Shown here one piece after another: positions 30,667 through 41,064 of a stretch of DNA of 64,000 bases. The translations under genes were made by a program, and so were the position numbers. The stretch's first letter is position 1. Each line of letters opens with the position of its first letter. Source of the stretch: a virus (lineage: Duplodnaviria > Caudoviricetes); the IMG/VR virus record IMGVR_UViG_3300033498_000048, positions 64,001 through 128,000 of that record, one strand, 5' to 3'. The notes beneath the pieces were generated by a model. That model had not been told where the DNA came from. It saw nothing but the letters and a program-made list of their open reading frames with translations, and did not search any database.

Positions 30667-30684
30667 GTTTAATATTCCTATTAG

Positions 30685-31188
30685 TTAATACATATATAAA
30701 TTAGTGTCAATCATGTTGGTACGGCTATCTATAACCTTTCCAGTTTCCATATAAACAGTATAATAAAAACCATCAATAACGCTAATCACAACTGTTAATC
30801 CTTTATTAGACTCGCGAGTTTTGACACATTTAACTTTATAATTGATTACACTACAAACTTTGTTTTCTAATCTAGCCAATATAACATCTAGTATATCAAT
30901 TTCAAACTCTGTTAAAAATAGGATTGTACCACAAACCTTATATTGAACTAAATTCAATTTTAAAATTTCTTCCTTAGCCTCATTTAACGAATCACATGAT
31001 TTGATATATTGACTATACATTCCATAACCAATTGAATTGGAAGTATGTCGATAAACATCATAACTAGGTGAACGTTTATTCTTGACTATTTCTGCTATAG
31101 TCATTCCAGATTCTGATTGATATAACTGATAAGTTGAATAACTATGTCTATACCACCGTGGAATTGTTTGTTTAACAAATTTTTTCAT
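30685..31188 (-). CDS. hypothetical protein
   Basis: ORF track. Confidence 0.55.
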   Translation of the reverse strand: MKKFVKQTIPRWYRHSYSTYQLYQSESGMTIAEIVKNKRSPSYDVYRHTSNSIGYGMYSQYIKSCDSLNEAKEEILKLNLVQYKVCGTILFLTEFEIDILDVILARLENKVCSVINYKVKCVKTRESNKGLTVVISVIDGFYYTVYMETGKVIDSRTNMIDTNLYMY

Positions 31189-31243
31189 AATTTATACCTA
31201 AATTGTGTTGAAAGTTAGTTGGATTAGACACAAATTATTTCCA

Positions 31244-31726
31244 CTATCGTGCGATTATGTTGGTTATGTTATATATTAACGTGGTATCATATCTCACACA
31301 ATCAATGATACACATTTTAACTTCGGAATCTTCAATTCGATTTTTGTGTTTCTGACTCAATTCACTAAACAATTTACCATCTAATTCTGGGTATACAGAT
31401 TTAACCTTGAAACCATCGTTCAAATATTCTAAAACTACCGATAAAATGTCACTGACAAAGGTGTATTTCCCTGTTGAATCTTCAGTAACCATTACTGTTG
31501 GTAAATCTACTCGTGACATAATCAATTCAATCACACCATCGCGTATTTTTTTAATTGCAGTGGTTTTACTCGTTTTTATTAACATTTGTCCAGACATGAC
31601 ACTTTTGTTTATGTCAAATATGGTTCTGATTTCACGTCTAACTAATAATTCGTCTATTGAGTTCATTTTGTGTTTTGTATGTTGTTGAATAAATTTATGT
31701 TGCACATGATACAATCTATTTTCCAC
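31244..31726 (-). CDS. degenerate DUF262/ParB-like domain protein
   Basis: VIELIMSRVDLPTVMV.ED..GKY...EYLNDGFKV..YPELDGKLFSEL...RIED resembles DUF262 but lacks DGQQR. Confidence 0.45.
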   Translation of the reverse strand: MENRLYHVQHKFIQQHTKHKMNSIDELLVRREIRTIFDINKSVMSGQMLIKTSKTTAIKKIRDGVIELIMSRVDLPTVMVTEDSTGKYTFVSDILSVVLEYLNDGFKVKSVYPELDGKLFSELSQKHKNRIEDSEVKMCIIDCVRYDTTLIYNITNIIAR

Positions 31727-31750
31727 ATTGTCAATAAAATATTCAGTGTG

Positions 31751-32470
31751 CTATAATTTAATCATTTTTGGAGTAAAACCACCTTGATAAGTGCCTGGAA
31801 TTGGACATAGGTTGTCACCACGCACATCACAATTAGGTAGCTGAGTTATTGTGTTGTACCAGCTTTTAGCATACTTTTTGTCCACTTTACTAGATTCAAC
31901 CAGTAAATGGAATCCACTCCTAGTTTCGATACACGTTAAACAATCGTTGTTTATTTCACCAATTAATAATGGTTTAATTTCAGATATTGAAATATTATCA
32001 AAATCGAAATCGGTGTATATTTTACGAGACCAAGCAACCTGAATATTACTCATTACTTCTTGGTGTGGATTATATCCATTATATGGTTTAGTTACCAAGT
32101 CCACTAGTTTTTTTATAGATTCTTTAGTAGCTTTTTCATAACTGCGTGGGTTGATTGTGATGTAGGCAGCTAACGTTTCTTGTGGAATAGGATAATGTTT
32201 TTGGTAATACGAACCGACCACAACTTCAAGCTGCTTAAGCTTTTCAAATAAAAATTCTTTACTTGATGTGCCACGCTTGAGTTGTTGTTTATCAGATTTT
32301 AATGTTTGGTTAGAATCGTATTTGCGTCTACTAAAAAGACAGTAATAGTATGTTTCACCATTATCCAAGTCTGGAAGCCATGTGATAAACTCTTTGAGTG
32401 CTATTTCATCCGTAATTACTTTATAATTCGATTTCACGCCAATAATCCGCAAGTACCGTCCATACACCAC
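31751..32470 (-). CDS. phage protein, possible primase-polymerase (AEP)-like fold
   Basis: YITINPRS, DFDFD, ETRSGFHLL (DxD + GxH). Confidence 0.4.
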   Translation of the reverse strand: MVYGRYLRIIGVKSNYKVITDEIALKEFITWLPDLDNGETYYYCLFSRRKYDSNQTLKSDKQQLKRGTSSKEFLFEKLKQLEVVVGSYYQKHYPIPQETLAAYITINPRSYEKATKESIKKLVDLVTKPYNGYNPHQEVMSNIQVAWSRKIYTDFDFDNISISEIKPLLIGEINNDCLTCIETRSGFHLLVESSKVDKKYAKSWYNTITQLPNCDVRGDNLCPIPGTYQGGFTPKMIKL

Positions 32471-32636
32471 CTATCCCGTCTGGAATTGATGCTCCACATT
32501 CATTTAACAACTGAGGATAACCATCACCATATTTTGAACTAATCAACACTGTAACTGGTATTCCACCCTCTTTTTTAGTTTGTATAATTACATCTTTCGG
32601 TGCTGTTTCAATCGGTTTCCAATTATTTACTGACAT
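32421..32636 (-). CDS. hypothetical protein (DUF551-like WxPIETAPKD)
   Basis: WKPIETAPKD N-terminal motif. Confidence 0.55.
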   Translation of the reverse strand: MSVNNWKPIETAPKDVIIQTKKEGGIPVTVLISSKYGDGYPQLLNECGASIPDGIGGVWTVLADYWREIEL

Positions 32637-32917
32637 TCATGTTCCTCTAAAATTATGTGTTTAGTTATAACTTTCTATTTTTATCGTTGTATGTTATTGT
32701 GATTAGTTTCTGGTCTAACAATTGTTCAGATGTTTATTTACTCTTTTATATTGTTTTTTCTTATCAACCTCAATAGAACTTCTATTAAAGGTTAAACAAT
32801 GTTTTGCAACATAGTTACGAATTGTTTTTCGTTTCATATTATTCCCCAATTTAAGGTGTTGTTGATGTGTAAAAGTGTCAAGAATGTTTTACATCCATTG
32901 ACACTAATTTACGATGA

Positions 32918-33328
32918 TTAAATATACTTAGTAGTAACTACATCGCGATTAAACATGGACGGTATGGACTGTAGCTCGCAATCTAACTCCAAACTTCCAC
33001 AAAAGAAGTGAAATTTTAACCATTCAGGTGTAGTCAATTTTTCAAGACAAACAGCAGCATCTTTTAAGCTCATTCTAACACGCCAAATTGTTTGAACTGG
33101 AAGTGTATTACAAATTGTATTCTCCAATCCAATTGTATCAATTGGAAAATCAATGATTACATCTCCTTGTGTTTTTTCGTGTGCGACTATACCAATTGCA
33201 CCTATCGGAATCACAATATCAGGATTACCAGCATAATTCCAATAAAACGGGTAAAGCACTTTGTTAGTTTTTACAGCTTGACCACGCTCTGATTTAAAAA
33301 CCTTTACTGTATTTGATTTTGATTCCAC
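32918..33328 (-). CDS. hypothetical protein
   Basis: ORF track. Confidence 0.55.
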   Translation of the reverse strand: MESKSNTVKVFKSERGQAVKTNKVLYPFYWNYAGNPDIVIPIGAIGIVAHEKTQGDVIIDFPIDTIGLENTICNTLPVQTIWRVRMSLKDAAVCLEKLTTPEWLKFHFFCGSLELDCELQSIPSMFNRDVVTTKYI

Positions 33329-33633
33329 AACACACCTACCTTTTTTAGTATTATTGTAACATATTGCTAGTCATTATTGATTGCAATCCAGGGAACCTTT
33401 TTTTAAACAAAGATGTGTTAAAGCATCTTAGTTATTTGTTATTCTTGATATAAAACAATTCCATTTAGTCTAATGTAACTGTGTCAGCCAATTTATCAGA
33501 TATTTCACCAGTAATACGCAACCAGTCAACATAACCTGAAATGGTATCTGTTTTATACATCTTTCCAGTTCCACTAAAATCTGGATATTCTAACTTGTGT
33601 AGTAAACATAATGTTTCCAAATAGTGTTTAAAT

Positions 33634-33975
33634 CTATTTTAACCTAATGTCAAACATATTTTCATTTAACTCGAATGATTCAGTAACATACTTTTGGTCA
33701 ACATAACCAATACCAGTCAAGCTTATTGAATGTATGTGGACAATTCCAACATCAATTCCACAATCGCTAATAGTATAAGTAACGTACACTCGTTTTGGTA
33801 ATGTTTTTGTGTCTAAATCAAACTGTTTGTATTTCAAATTTTGTGGTATAGCTCCATCAATTTGATTGGTTGTTACTGACAGTACCTTGCTTAGATACCG
33901 ATAAACATCATCACTGGGACGTTGTTCGATTGCCAGTAAAGCTTGTAGATAATACACAAAGAATTTCATTATCAC
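33634..33975 (-). CDS. hypothetical protein
   Basis: ORF track, GAGG RBS. Confidence 0.55.
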   Translation of the reverse strand: MIMKFFVYYLQALLAIEQRPSDDVYRYLSKVLSVTTNQIDGAIPQNLKYKQFDLDTKTLPKRVYVTYTISDCGIDVGIVHIHSISLTGIGYVDQKYVTESFELNENMFDIRLK

Positions 33976-33980
33976 CTCTC

Positions 33981-34574
33981 TTAATAGGATTTAAACACTA
34001 AATTACTGAATTTAATAAACCCCTCATAAGATTGAAATTCCAACATAAGTTCTATTTTCTTATCTTTTTTAGTCAATGCTGACAAGTCTTTATTTGGAAT
34101 AACATCCTTATATACGATAAATTCATAATAGGTGTCCATAAAAGGTAGGAAGTCTCCTAATGTAATCCAAGAGTGAAACTTACGATTTAGTAAAAATGGT
34201 AAGGTATTTCGTTCCCACCCTTGTTGAATCTCATACAGTAGTTTTTCACATTGTTTAACGTCAAACATAGCTATGTGGCATTTACTTTTTGAAATTCCCA
34301 TGACAGTTGACATCCACTCATATGCCATTGAACGACTTGTTCCATATTGTTTCCAAATTTGGTCAAAGTTTGTATGGCATTTTTTTCTCCAATCACGCAA
34401 TTCTGAGTTGGCTAATGTGCCTAGTGGATTGTTAGTCCCCTTGTGACATCCACAATAGGAGTTACAACGCACACATCTCCAGAATGCTAACTGGAACAAA
34501 TCACTTCTATGTGGGTAAACCTCTTTACCACTAACAAGTTCTGCTGGCTTTCCACAAGTGCATAATACATTCAT
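33981..34574 (-). CDS. DUF3268-family zinc-finger protein
   Basis: CTCG..EVYPHR...WRCVRCNSYCGCHKGT..PLGTLAN.ELR. Confidence 0.8.
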   Translation of the reverse strand: MNVLCTCGKPAELVSGKEVYPHRSDLFQLAFWRCVRCNSYCGCHKGTNNPLGTLANSELRDWRKKCHTNFDQIWKQYGTSRSMAYEWMSTVMGISKSKCHIAMFDVKQCEKLLYEIQQGWERNTLPFLLNRKFHSWITLGDFLPFMDTYYEFIVYKDVIPNKDLSALTKKDKKIELMLEFQSYEGFIKFSNLVFKSY

Positions 34575-34631
34575 ATTTATTCCAACGTTTAATTAAAGCA
34601 ACATAGTAACTTATAAAAAAACTAAAGTCAA

Positions 34632-35357
34632 CTAGCTTTTATCACAACTTTTTGGAATAGTCCATGAAATCTTTTCTTTATGTTTTAAATTATAACCAGT
34701 GTATTGCATTCCAGTGATTTTATTAATGTCTGCGATTGAAACAAGATACCTATCAATCTCATTACTTACGGTGTCATCGTTTGGAAACACCCAAGCTATA
34801 TTCCGTTTTAATGTATCATTAACAATAATCTTGTAGAATGCTACAGGAACTTCAACTCCATGTGATTCCATAAATTGTGTTGAAATTTTAGTTTTAGTTT
34901 TACCATATATTGCACCACCATATACAGTTAAAACATTTTCGTTTCTCAAACATTCAGTAACCATCTCGGTCTTTAACCAAGCCGTGCGATTTAACTTAAC
35001 TGTTTGTGGTAATATATTAGTCATATAGTTTGATTCTTCCATGGCAAAAAAGGAATCATCAAATTGATTAATTGGAGCTAAATGACCTCTATCATATTTT
35101 GACCCGTATGACCTTGCACTTTTTTGTTGACATCTACTGGGTATAGATTGGTCGATAGCAAAATTATTTACACGAGTTAGGTTTCCAATGTCCTTAGTAG
35201 GTGAATATTGAAATCTAATAGCTCCACGTTTAGAACAATCGAGCCATATTGTAAACCTAGAATATTGTTTTTCAACTATAGTCGAATCATCTGCACCACA
35301 ATTATTGGTTAATAAAATCACAACTGCTGCTAATGCTGCGATATGGCTAATTTTCAT
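34632..35357 (-). CDS. DNA/RNA non-specific endonuclease (NucA/EndoG family) with signal peptide
   Basis: YDRGHLAP, MTNILPQ, LNRTAW..E, VPVAFYKI; hydrophobic N-terminus. Confidence 0.9.
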   Translation of the reverse strand: MKISHIAALAAVVILLTNNCGADDSTIVEKQYSRFTIWLDCSKRGAIRFQYSPTKDIGNLTRVNNFAIDQSIPSRCQQKSARSYGSKYDRGHLAPINQFDDSFFAMEESNYMTNILPQTVKLNRTAWLKTEMVTECLRNENVLTVYGGAIYGKTKTKISTQFMESHGVEVPVAFYKIIVNDTLKRNIAWVFPNDDTVSNEIDRYLVSIADINKITGMQYTGYNLKHKEKISWTIPKSCDKS

Positions 35358-35763
35358 GTTGTATTACCTCTGTTTTTGATTTTGGAACTTCTACAAAATC
35401 AATATATGTTCCAACTTTATCTGATTTTGTTCCATCAAATCTACGGATTGATGTTTTTACTTTTCTATAAACTTGTTCCACTTGTCCACCTAATGTTAAT
35501 ATTGCTGTGTTAATTCCAACACGACTTTTAAATTCTGAAAAGGTCTCTGTTGCAGATATTAGTTCACTTAAAAATCCTTCTAAAAACTCATCACTAATTC
35601 TTGTGATGTATTGTGGAATATCAATGTGTACCTGTTGATATTGTTGGAAAAATTCTTTATTTAACTTTCCCAATTTGCAATACAGAATACCGTTTGACTT
35701 ACCCTTTAAATATGTTGATTTAATATTATATGGGAGCATATTGTGTAATAATATCTGCATCAT
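35347..35763 (-). CDS. hypothetical protein
   Basis: ORF track. Confidence 0.55.
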   Translation of the reverse strand: MMQILLHNMLPYNIKSTYLKGKSNGILYCKLGKLNKEFFQQYQQVHIDIPQYITRISDEFLEGFLSELISATETFSEFKSRVGINTAILTLGGQVEQVYRKVKTSIRRFDGTKSDKVGTYIDFVEVPKSKTEVIQHEN

Positions 35764-35768
35764 TTGAA

Positions 35769-36164
35769 TTATTCTCCAATCAAAATGAAAGTGCGTTCAA
35801 TACCATCGCGTGTGAAAAAAACATATAACTCATCAAGATTTGATATGAAAGATGGTTCTTCAATGTACACATATTTAACAAGTTTCCTATCAATTGATTT
35901 ATATGATGTACAAGAAAATGTATTAGCTCTGTCTTTTGAATTAAATTTAGATGGAACTATGATTACTCCAGATTCATCACAGCTCATATCACAATACCAC
36001 GATTTACCAGTTTGCCTACCTGGATTAACACTTACCGTACAGAACTGTTTTGCCCATATTGGTGGAGTAAATAACTCTCGGTTTTTAGCATTTAATGTGC
36101 GATGTTGTAGATTAATTTTCTTCAATATTTCGATTGCGTTTGGAAGGTCATAACTATACATCAT
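35769..36164 (-). CDS. small P-loop-like protein
   Basis: PGRQTGKS and YIEEP motifs. Confidence 0.5.
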   Translation of the reverse strand: MMYSYDLPNAIEILKKINLQHRTLNAKNRELFTPPIWAKQFCTVSVNPGRQTGKSWYCDMSCDESGVIIVPSKFNSKDRANTFSCTSYKSIDRKLVKYVYIEEPSFISNLDELYVFFTRDGIERTFILIGE

Positions 36165-37008
36165 TGAAAACCTTTGTTAGTTTGTTCCACATAAATTCTA
36201 CCATATCTGTAATTAAATAATATGATGAATCATCGACACCAAAATCAATATTAGATTTACAATTTGTAATGATAAATTTATCTGAAATGGTGAATTGGTA
36301 ATCTCCAATGGTGGCTGATAGTGTTGTGATATTAAATGTTGATAAAAACTCGGCAATTGGTGGAATTGCTGGGTCATTCGTATTATTAACTTTTAATGTG
36401 ATTGATTCAGTAGACTCATCGTCATTGATTCGCACTAACTTAAATGGAGACATTAATGTAATATCTGATGGTTTACTAATTGGACTTAATACCCAATTAG
36501 TAAACTCATTATTATATGTTAATACATTTTCCAATGGAACAACATCTAATGTTCTAAATATTGAACGTAAATATGATAATACTTCTTCAGCCTTTTTAGA
36601 GGATGAAGTATTGACAGCAACAAACTCATCGGTAATATACACATGGATTAATTCGTCCACTGGTAAAGTTGTTAATAGTACATTGTGATAAACCTCATTA
36701 ACAATTGTATCACGTTCAGCTTTTTTGACTTTACGATTCTCGGTTTCTTGAATCGTTTTTACTTTTTTTGTGGCTTCTTGATTAACTGCCTTTTTATTAA
36801 TCGGCTTGAACTCTGTTTGTATAGCAAATAAAATACCTTTACCTTTTTTAAAAGTAACCATATCATTGGAAATCGGTATAAATCCATACGTTTTTTCCTC
36901 AATTGCACTCAGTTCTTTAAATGGATTTAATTCCAATATAGCCTCAATTTCAATTACCGATAAACCTAATTCTTGATTAAACTGATATAACGATATACTT
37001 TTAAACAT
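36154..37008 (-). CDS. rdgC: recombination-associated protein RdgC
   Basis: MFKSISLYQF, GFIP, VKKAERDTIVNEV..LL, VNTSSSKKAEEVLSYLR...L.V.PL. Confidence 0.85.
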   Translation of the reverse strand: MFKSISLYQFNQELGLSVIEIEAILELNPFKELSAIEEKTYGFIPISNDMVTFKKGKGILFAIQTEFKPINKKAVNQEATKKVKTIQETENRKVKKAERDTIVNEVYHNVLLTTLPVDELIHVYITDEFVAVNTSSSKKAEEVLSYLRSIFRTLDVVPLENVLTYNNEFTNWVLSPISKPSDITLMSPFKLVRINDDESTESITLKVNNTNDPAIPPIAEFLSTFNITTLSATIGDYQFTISDKFIITNCKSNIDFGVDDSSYYLITDMVEFMWNKLTKVFNDV

Positions 37009-37018
37009 ATTATTTCCT

Positions 37019-37219
37019 CTATTTTAATGATTGTGGAATATCTAAAGATAAATCTCCACACGATGTTGATGGAATATCACCTTCTCCACAAATTGGACAC
37101 ATAAAATTATCCCAGCAGCCGTTCCATGATACATTACAATTGTAGCAAATCATATACCTAGTATGGACTGGTTCAACTGCTGAAAAATTACCAAGATACT
37201 TAATTTTAGTATTTACCAT
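37019..37219 (-). CDS. small Zn-ribbon protein
   Basis: CYNC...CPICG. Confidence 0.5.
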   Translation of the reverse strand: MVNTKIKYLGNFSAVEPVHTRYMICYNCNVSWNGCWDNFMCPICGEGDIPSTSCGDLSLDIPQSLK

Positions 37220-38304
37220 TTTGAATTATACACGCTACTGATTGAATACGTTTTTAAGTAGTGTCTTCTCCAATATTCAATTAATTCCACTCTTTTACCG
37301 TGATACTTATTCATAATAAGTCCCCGTAATTTATGTTTTTTAACTAAAGCTGCTGCGTGTGATGGACTTAATCCAACCAATTGTGCTGCAACTAAATCAA
37401 TTTCATATTGTAATGCTGATAACTCACGAGCTACCTTAGTTTCAATGTTTTCGATTTGGGTTAAGTCATAGCCTTCGCTAGATAACCTTGATTTTGCATC
37501 GTCAATTGTTTCCATAGCTACCATCAATGCAACATCACGAACTCTTAACTCAGTTTGAATCCTGTGATTGATTCTATACCAACTAAACTTCTGTTTTACC
37601 CTGATTCCACTTTTTAATAGAATCACATAACCTTCTCGATTCTTTTCAGTTTGGAATTGTTCCAAAGCTATGTCGATAGTCATGTCTTGGTGTTTTTGAA
37701 CAATATCGACTCCAAAATCATCACACATTGTTTTTAATTTGTCATAATCCATATAACTTAAGTCGTGTAATGACCTTGCAGCAAGAACTGTAAATTTTGC
37801 TGTTTTACCATAATTCAATACAACTTTCCAATCTGGATGATAATATTCCATAATTAGTGAATATCCCATCTTATAAACTGATAATGCAAGTTTATTGATA
37901 TTATCAGTTACACACGTCATTGCAGATTGTGCTACTTCACTATAAAACGACTTCTTTGTTTTTAAGAAGATTTTACCATTAATCACGGCAACATTGAGCA
38001 TAGAAGCATCAACTTTCTCAAAAAACATTGCTTCTTTAAAATCTAACAAATTCAATTGGGTCCATTGATTTTCTCCAATATTAAAGAACTTTTCAAAGGC
38101 AACTGAAATTATATCACCAGTTTCAGCATCAAATGTGTGACCCCGCAATTCCAGTGCCATCGGTAATGTCCATAAATGACTATCAGAAACCATATAAGTC
38201 AATATGATTACAGCTTTACCGTCCACTGTTTCTGGTTTAAAAACCACCATTTTATTAGATTTAAAATGTTCAAAGTCACGAATGTTTAACTTTTTAATTG
38301 GCAT
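37213..38304 (-). CDS. rnlA: RNA ligase, T4 Rnl1-like
   Basis: LRGHTF, FEKFFNIGE, EKVDASM (motif I Lys), IMEYY, REGYVI, KQKFSWY. Confidence 0.85.
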   Translation of the reverse strand: MPIKKLNIRDFEHFKSNKMVVFKPETVDGKAVIILTYMVSDSHLWTLPMALELRGHTFDAETGDIISVAFEKFFNIGENQWTQLNLLDFKEAMFFEKVDASMLNVAVINGKIFLKTKKSFYSEVAQSAMTCVTDNINKLALSVYKMGYSLIMEYYHPDWKVVLNYGKTAKFTVLAARSLHDLSYMDYDKLKTMCDDFGVDIVQKHQDMTIDIALEQFQTEKNREGYVILLKSGIRVKQKFSWYRINHRIQTELRVRDVALMVAMETIDDAKSRLSSEGYDLTQIENIETKVARELSALQYEIDLVAAQLVGLSPSHAAALVKKHKLRGLIMNKYHGKRVELIEYWRRHYLKTYSISSVYNSKW

Positions 38305-38400
38305 ATTTACTTTCCATACAGTAGTATTAATAACAATACGATAGCAAATGCTACAGTCATAGTCAAGCTTTTTAATGATGTGGGTTCTATTTTTAACATA

Positions 38401-39000
38401 TTATTTTCCAGCTAATAATCTAAATTCAGTGAGTAGCTTGTTCCTATATTCTTGGAACTCGTTTTTTAATTCTTGTTCATTCCACGTTTTTGAATTGAGT
38501 CTATCAAAAATATCATTGGCAACACTCCAATCAACAATTTTATGATATTTTGCTAATTGGATTCCAAATAAAATTATTCTTAATGAATGAAACATTGATT
38601 TTATACCAATATCATAATCACCCTGTCTAATTTTTTTAAAACACTTTGCCCATGAATTGGACACAGTTTTAGATATAGATTGTCTTAATAATTGATGATT
38701 TAAATCAAATTTGAATAAATCTGTGGTATTGTACTGTATTGGAGACATAAATTGTTCAATTGCTCCGATATTATGTTCATTTAACAACCTTTGAAATGTT
38801 GTTTTGTGTGTAATGTGTACATTAAACTTATTTAAAGTTAATTCAACTTCAGGAACATTACTATCGCAAATTACTACAAAATCAAAATCAGAAGTTTTGG
38901 TGTGAGTACCATATATTAAACTCCCGAATGAATACATATCATAAACTGGATATAGTTTTTCATTTTCTAATTCTTGTAATAACTCGCGATATAATGTCAT
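38401..39000 (-). CDS. nucleotidyltransferase
   Basis: FGSLIYGT.TKTSDFDFV. Confidence 0.8.
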   Translation of the reverse strand: MTLYRELLQELENEKLYPVYDMYSFGSLIYGTHTKTSDFDFVVICDSNVPEVELTLNKFNVHITHKTTFQRLLNEHNIGAIEQFMSPIQYNTTDLFKFDLNHQLLRQSISKTVSNSWAKCFKKIRQGDYDIGIKSMFHSLRIILFGIQLAKYHKIVDWSVANDIFDRLNSKTWNEQELKNEFQEYRNKLLTEFRLLAGK

Positions 39001-39005
39001 TTCTG

Positions 39006-39851
39006 TTATTCCTTATGTGTAATCAAAATTTCTACCCACGCATTTGTAATACAACCACTATAAAATACACAAAATTCGCTATGTTGTTGTTTGATGTGTG
39101 ATAGTGTCCAACCATTTAATGCTTTAATGATATGGTTTCTTGGAATCCAGCTACCAATGCCAACATAATACACATCATTTGAATCTGGAATTACTTGTGT
39201 ATATCCACCAAGATGTTTCACATACAAGTTACCTAGTCTATCAACATAGATGGACTGTTGAGCTTTCATTGGAAGTGTCATATAGTGACTTAACCGAATT
39301 AACTTAAATCTAAGTTTGCGTGTATCGTTTAATTCAAACTCAAGTTTAGTTTGTTTAACAATATTGTCTGGAACTACAACTTGTTTTGTAACAAGTTCAA
39401 TTGTCGGAACAATTGTATCAACATTAATTTTCAAATACTCCTGCCAAAAGTTTAAATCGCTATCCACATATACAATTTTATCGTCCATTCGATATTCAAT
39501 TGGAATAACCTCAGCACCATTAGAGAGTTTAATTGAATCAAATTCATCATCAACTACATATCTAATGCTGATTGGAATATCATCTGTCCCAATACTTTCT
39601 CGAATTGTGTTATCTGCCAACATAAATTGTCCAACCTTATGGTATTTTTCACCATTAGGGTAATATTGGATCACTTCACATTTTGTAATGATTCCCTTAT
39701 CATACTTGAAAACATGGTTTATAGTAATATCAACATAATAATTTGATAGTAACGCTTTACCACATACACTAACATATTCCGATAATGGAATACCATATAA
39801 TCCTTGTGCCAATTTGACTAAATAATCTGGTTTAATAATGGTAGGTTTCAT
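39006..39851 (-). CDS. hypothetical protein
   Basis: 281-aa ORF. Confidence 0.6.
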   Translation of the reverse strand: MKPTIIKPDYLVKLAQGLYGIPLSEYVSVCGKALLSNYYVDITINHVFKYDKGIITKCEVIQYYPNGEKYHKVGQFMLADNTIRESIGTDDIPISIRYVVDDEFDSIKLSNGAEVIPIEYRMDDKIVYVDSDLNFWQEYLKINVDTIVPTIELVTKQVVVPDNIVKQTKLEFELNDTRKLRFKLIRLSHYMTLPMKAQQSIYVDRLGNLYVKHLGGYTQVIPDSNDVYYVGIGSWIPRNHIIKALNGWTLSHIKQQHSEFCVFYSGCITNAWVEILITHKE

Positions 39852-39862
39852 TTAATTTCCTG

Positions 39863-40051
39863 TTAAGTTAAGATGTTATTTCTGAGTGAATCAAGTTCCA
39901 CTCGTGATATGTAATGGTTCTCACCATTAATATTTAGTTCTGCATATACAACTTTTGTTTTCTTACGGATTAAATCATTAATTGATTGTTTGTGTGATTT
40001 AAATCCGTTTTTAGTCCGTTCAACAATTACTAAGTCTTTATCGTGTTGCAT
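39863..40051 (-). CDS. hypothetical protein
   Basis: ORF track. Confidence 0.5.
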   Translation of the reverse strand: MQHDKDLVIVERTKNGFKSHKQSINDLIRKKTKVVYAELNINGENHYISRVELDSLRNNILT

Positions 40052-40079
40052 ATTGTAACCTCTAAATAAATGAATATTG

Positions 40080-40775
40080 TTATAAAAATTGTACTATTGC
40101 TTCTTTTATCGAATCATATGTTGGTAAAATGTTATCGTGTATATGGAAAGCACCATCACAACCTTTAATGATGAATCTACCGTTCTTTTCTCTATCTGTC
40201 AAATCTGTTGTCCAATTTAATCCAATATCAAACAACATATTGTGCATATCTTCAGTTTTTTTGTCACGAAGTTGTTTGTGTGAAAAATGACTTCTACAAT
40301 ACATTTGAAGACTGTTTCTTTTCCAATCTTTTGCTCTCCATAGAAAGTTATTGATTACATCTTCTTTTGGAACATTAAATGCTCTCGAATCAAACACTGC
40401 TCCTAGGTCATTTAGGTATATACCGTTAAACTCAACTGACATCGTTGCTGCTGATATTGATACCAACTTTTCAACAATATAATCAAACCAAGCTTCTGTA
40501 TTAATGTTTTCATAATCGGTAAGCAAAAATGTAACCTCATCAGATTGTATATAAGCCACTTTTGCTCCTTGTAACGCATTTAACGTTACCATAGCGGATT
40601 CACTCATTGCGTCCATTATAGCACAATCAAATGGTTTTGTTGCATATCTTTTTGTTAAGGTGTGGAACGCTTTACCATCCAACCTTATAATAACTGGCAT
40701 CTTTTTAACTAAATATTGCCTAGAAACTTGCTCATAACGTTTCATTCTATCACCTAGACTATCTTGTTTTTTCAT
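40080..40775 (-). CDS. thg1: tRNA(His) guanylyltransferase Thg1 / Thg1-like 3'-5' polymerase
   Basis: LGDRMKRYE, IIRLDGKAFH, YIQSDEVTFL, KLVSISA, FDSRAF, WRAKDWKRNSL. Confidence 0.92.
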   Translation of the reverse strand: MKKQDSLGDRMKRYEQVSRQYLVKKMPVIIRLDGKAFHTLTKRYATKPFDCAIMDAMSESAMVTLNALQGAKVAYIQSDEVTFLLTDYENINTEAWFDYIVEKLVSISAATMSVEFNGIYLNDLGAVFDSRAFNVPKEDVINNFLWRAKDWKRNSLQMYCRSHFSHKQLRDKKTEDMHNMLFDIGLNWTTDLTDREKNGRFIIKGCDGAFHIHDNILPTYDSIKEAIVQFL

Positions 40776-41064
40776 AATGTAACTCCCCTACAAATTGCGA
40801 ATCGGTTATTTGTTTTATTTCACATTGTAATGCAATGTTAGTGTTGATGTCAACTAATTTAGATTTTGGGTATTGTAATATCATAACACCATTTAAACAA
40901 CTAAACAAGCTATAGTGATATGTTGTACTATTATACACCACATAATCTTTGTTAGTGTGGTGATAATCTTTAACTTTATTTAATATTATAGAATATAGTA
41001 CAAGTCCCAACAATATGGACGCACAACAAATTGACATATAGCCTAATGTTTGAATTATACGCAT
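40759..41064 (-). CDS. hypothetical membrane protein
   Basis: N-terminal hydrophobic helix. Confidence 0.5.
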   Translation of the reverse strand: MRIIQTLGYMSICCASILLGLVLYSIILNKVKDYHHTNKDYVVYNSTTYHYSLFSCLNGVMILQYPKSKLVDINTNIALQCEIKQITDSQFVGELHYEKTR

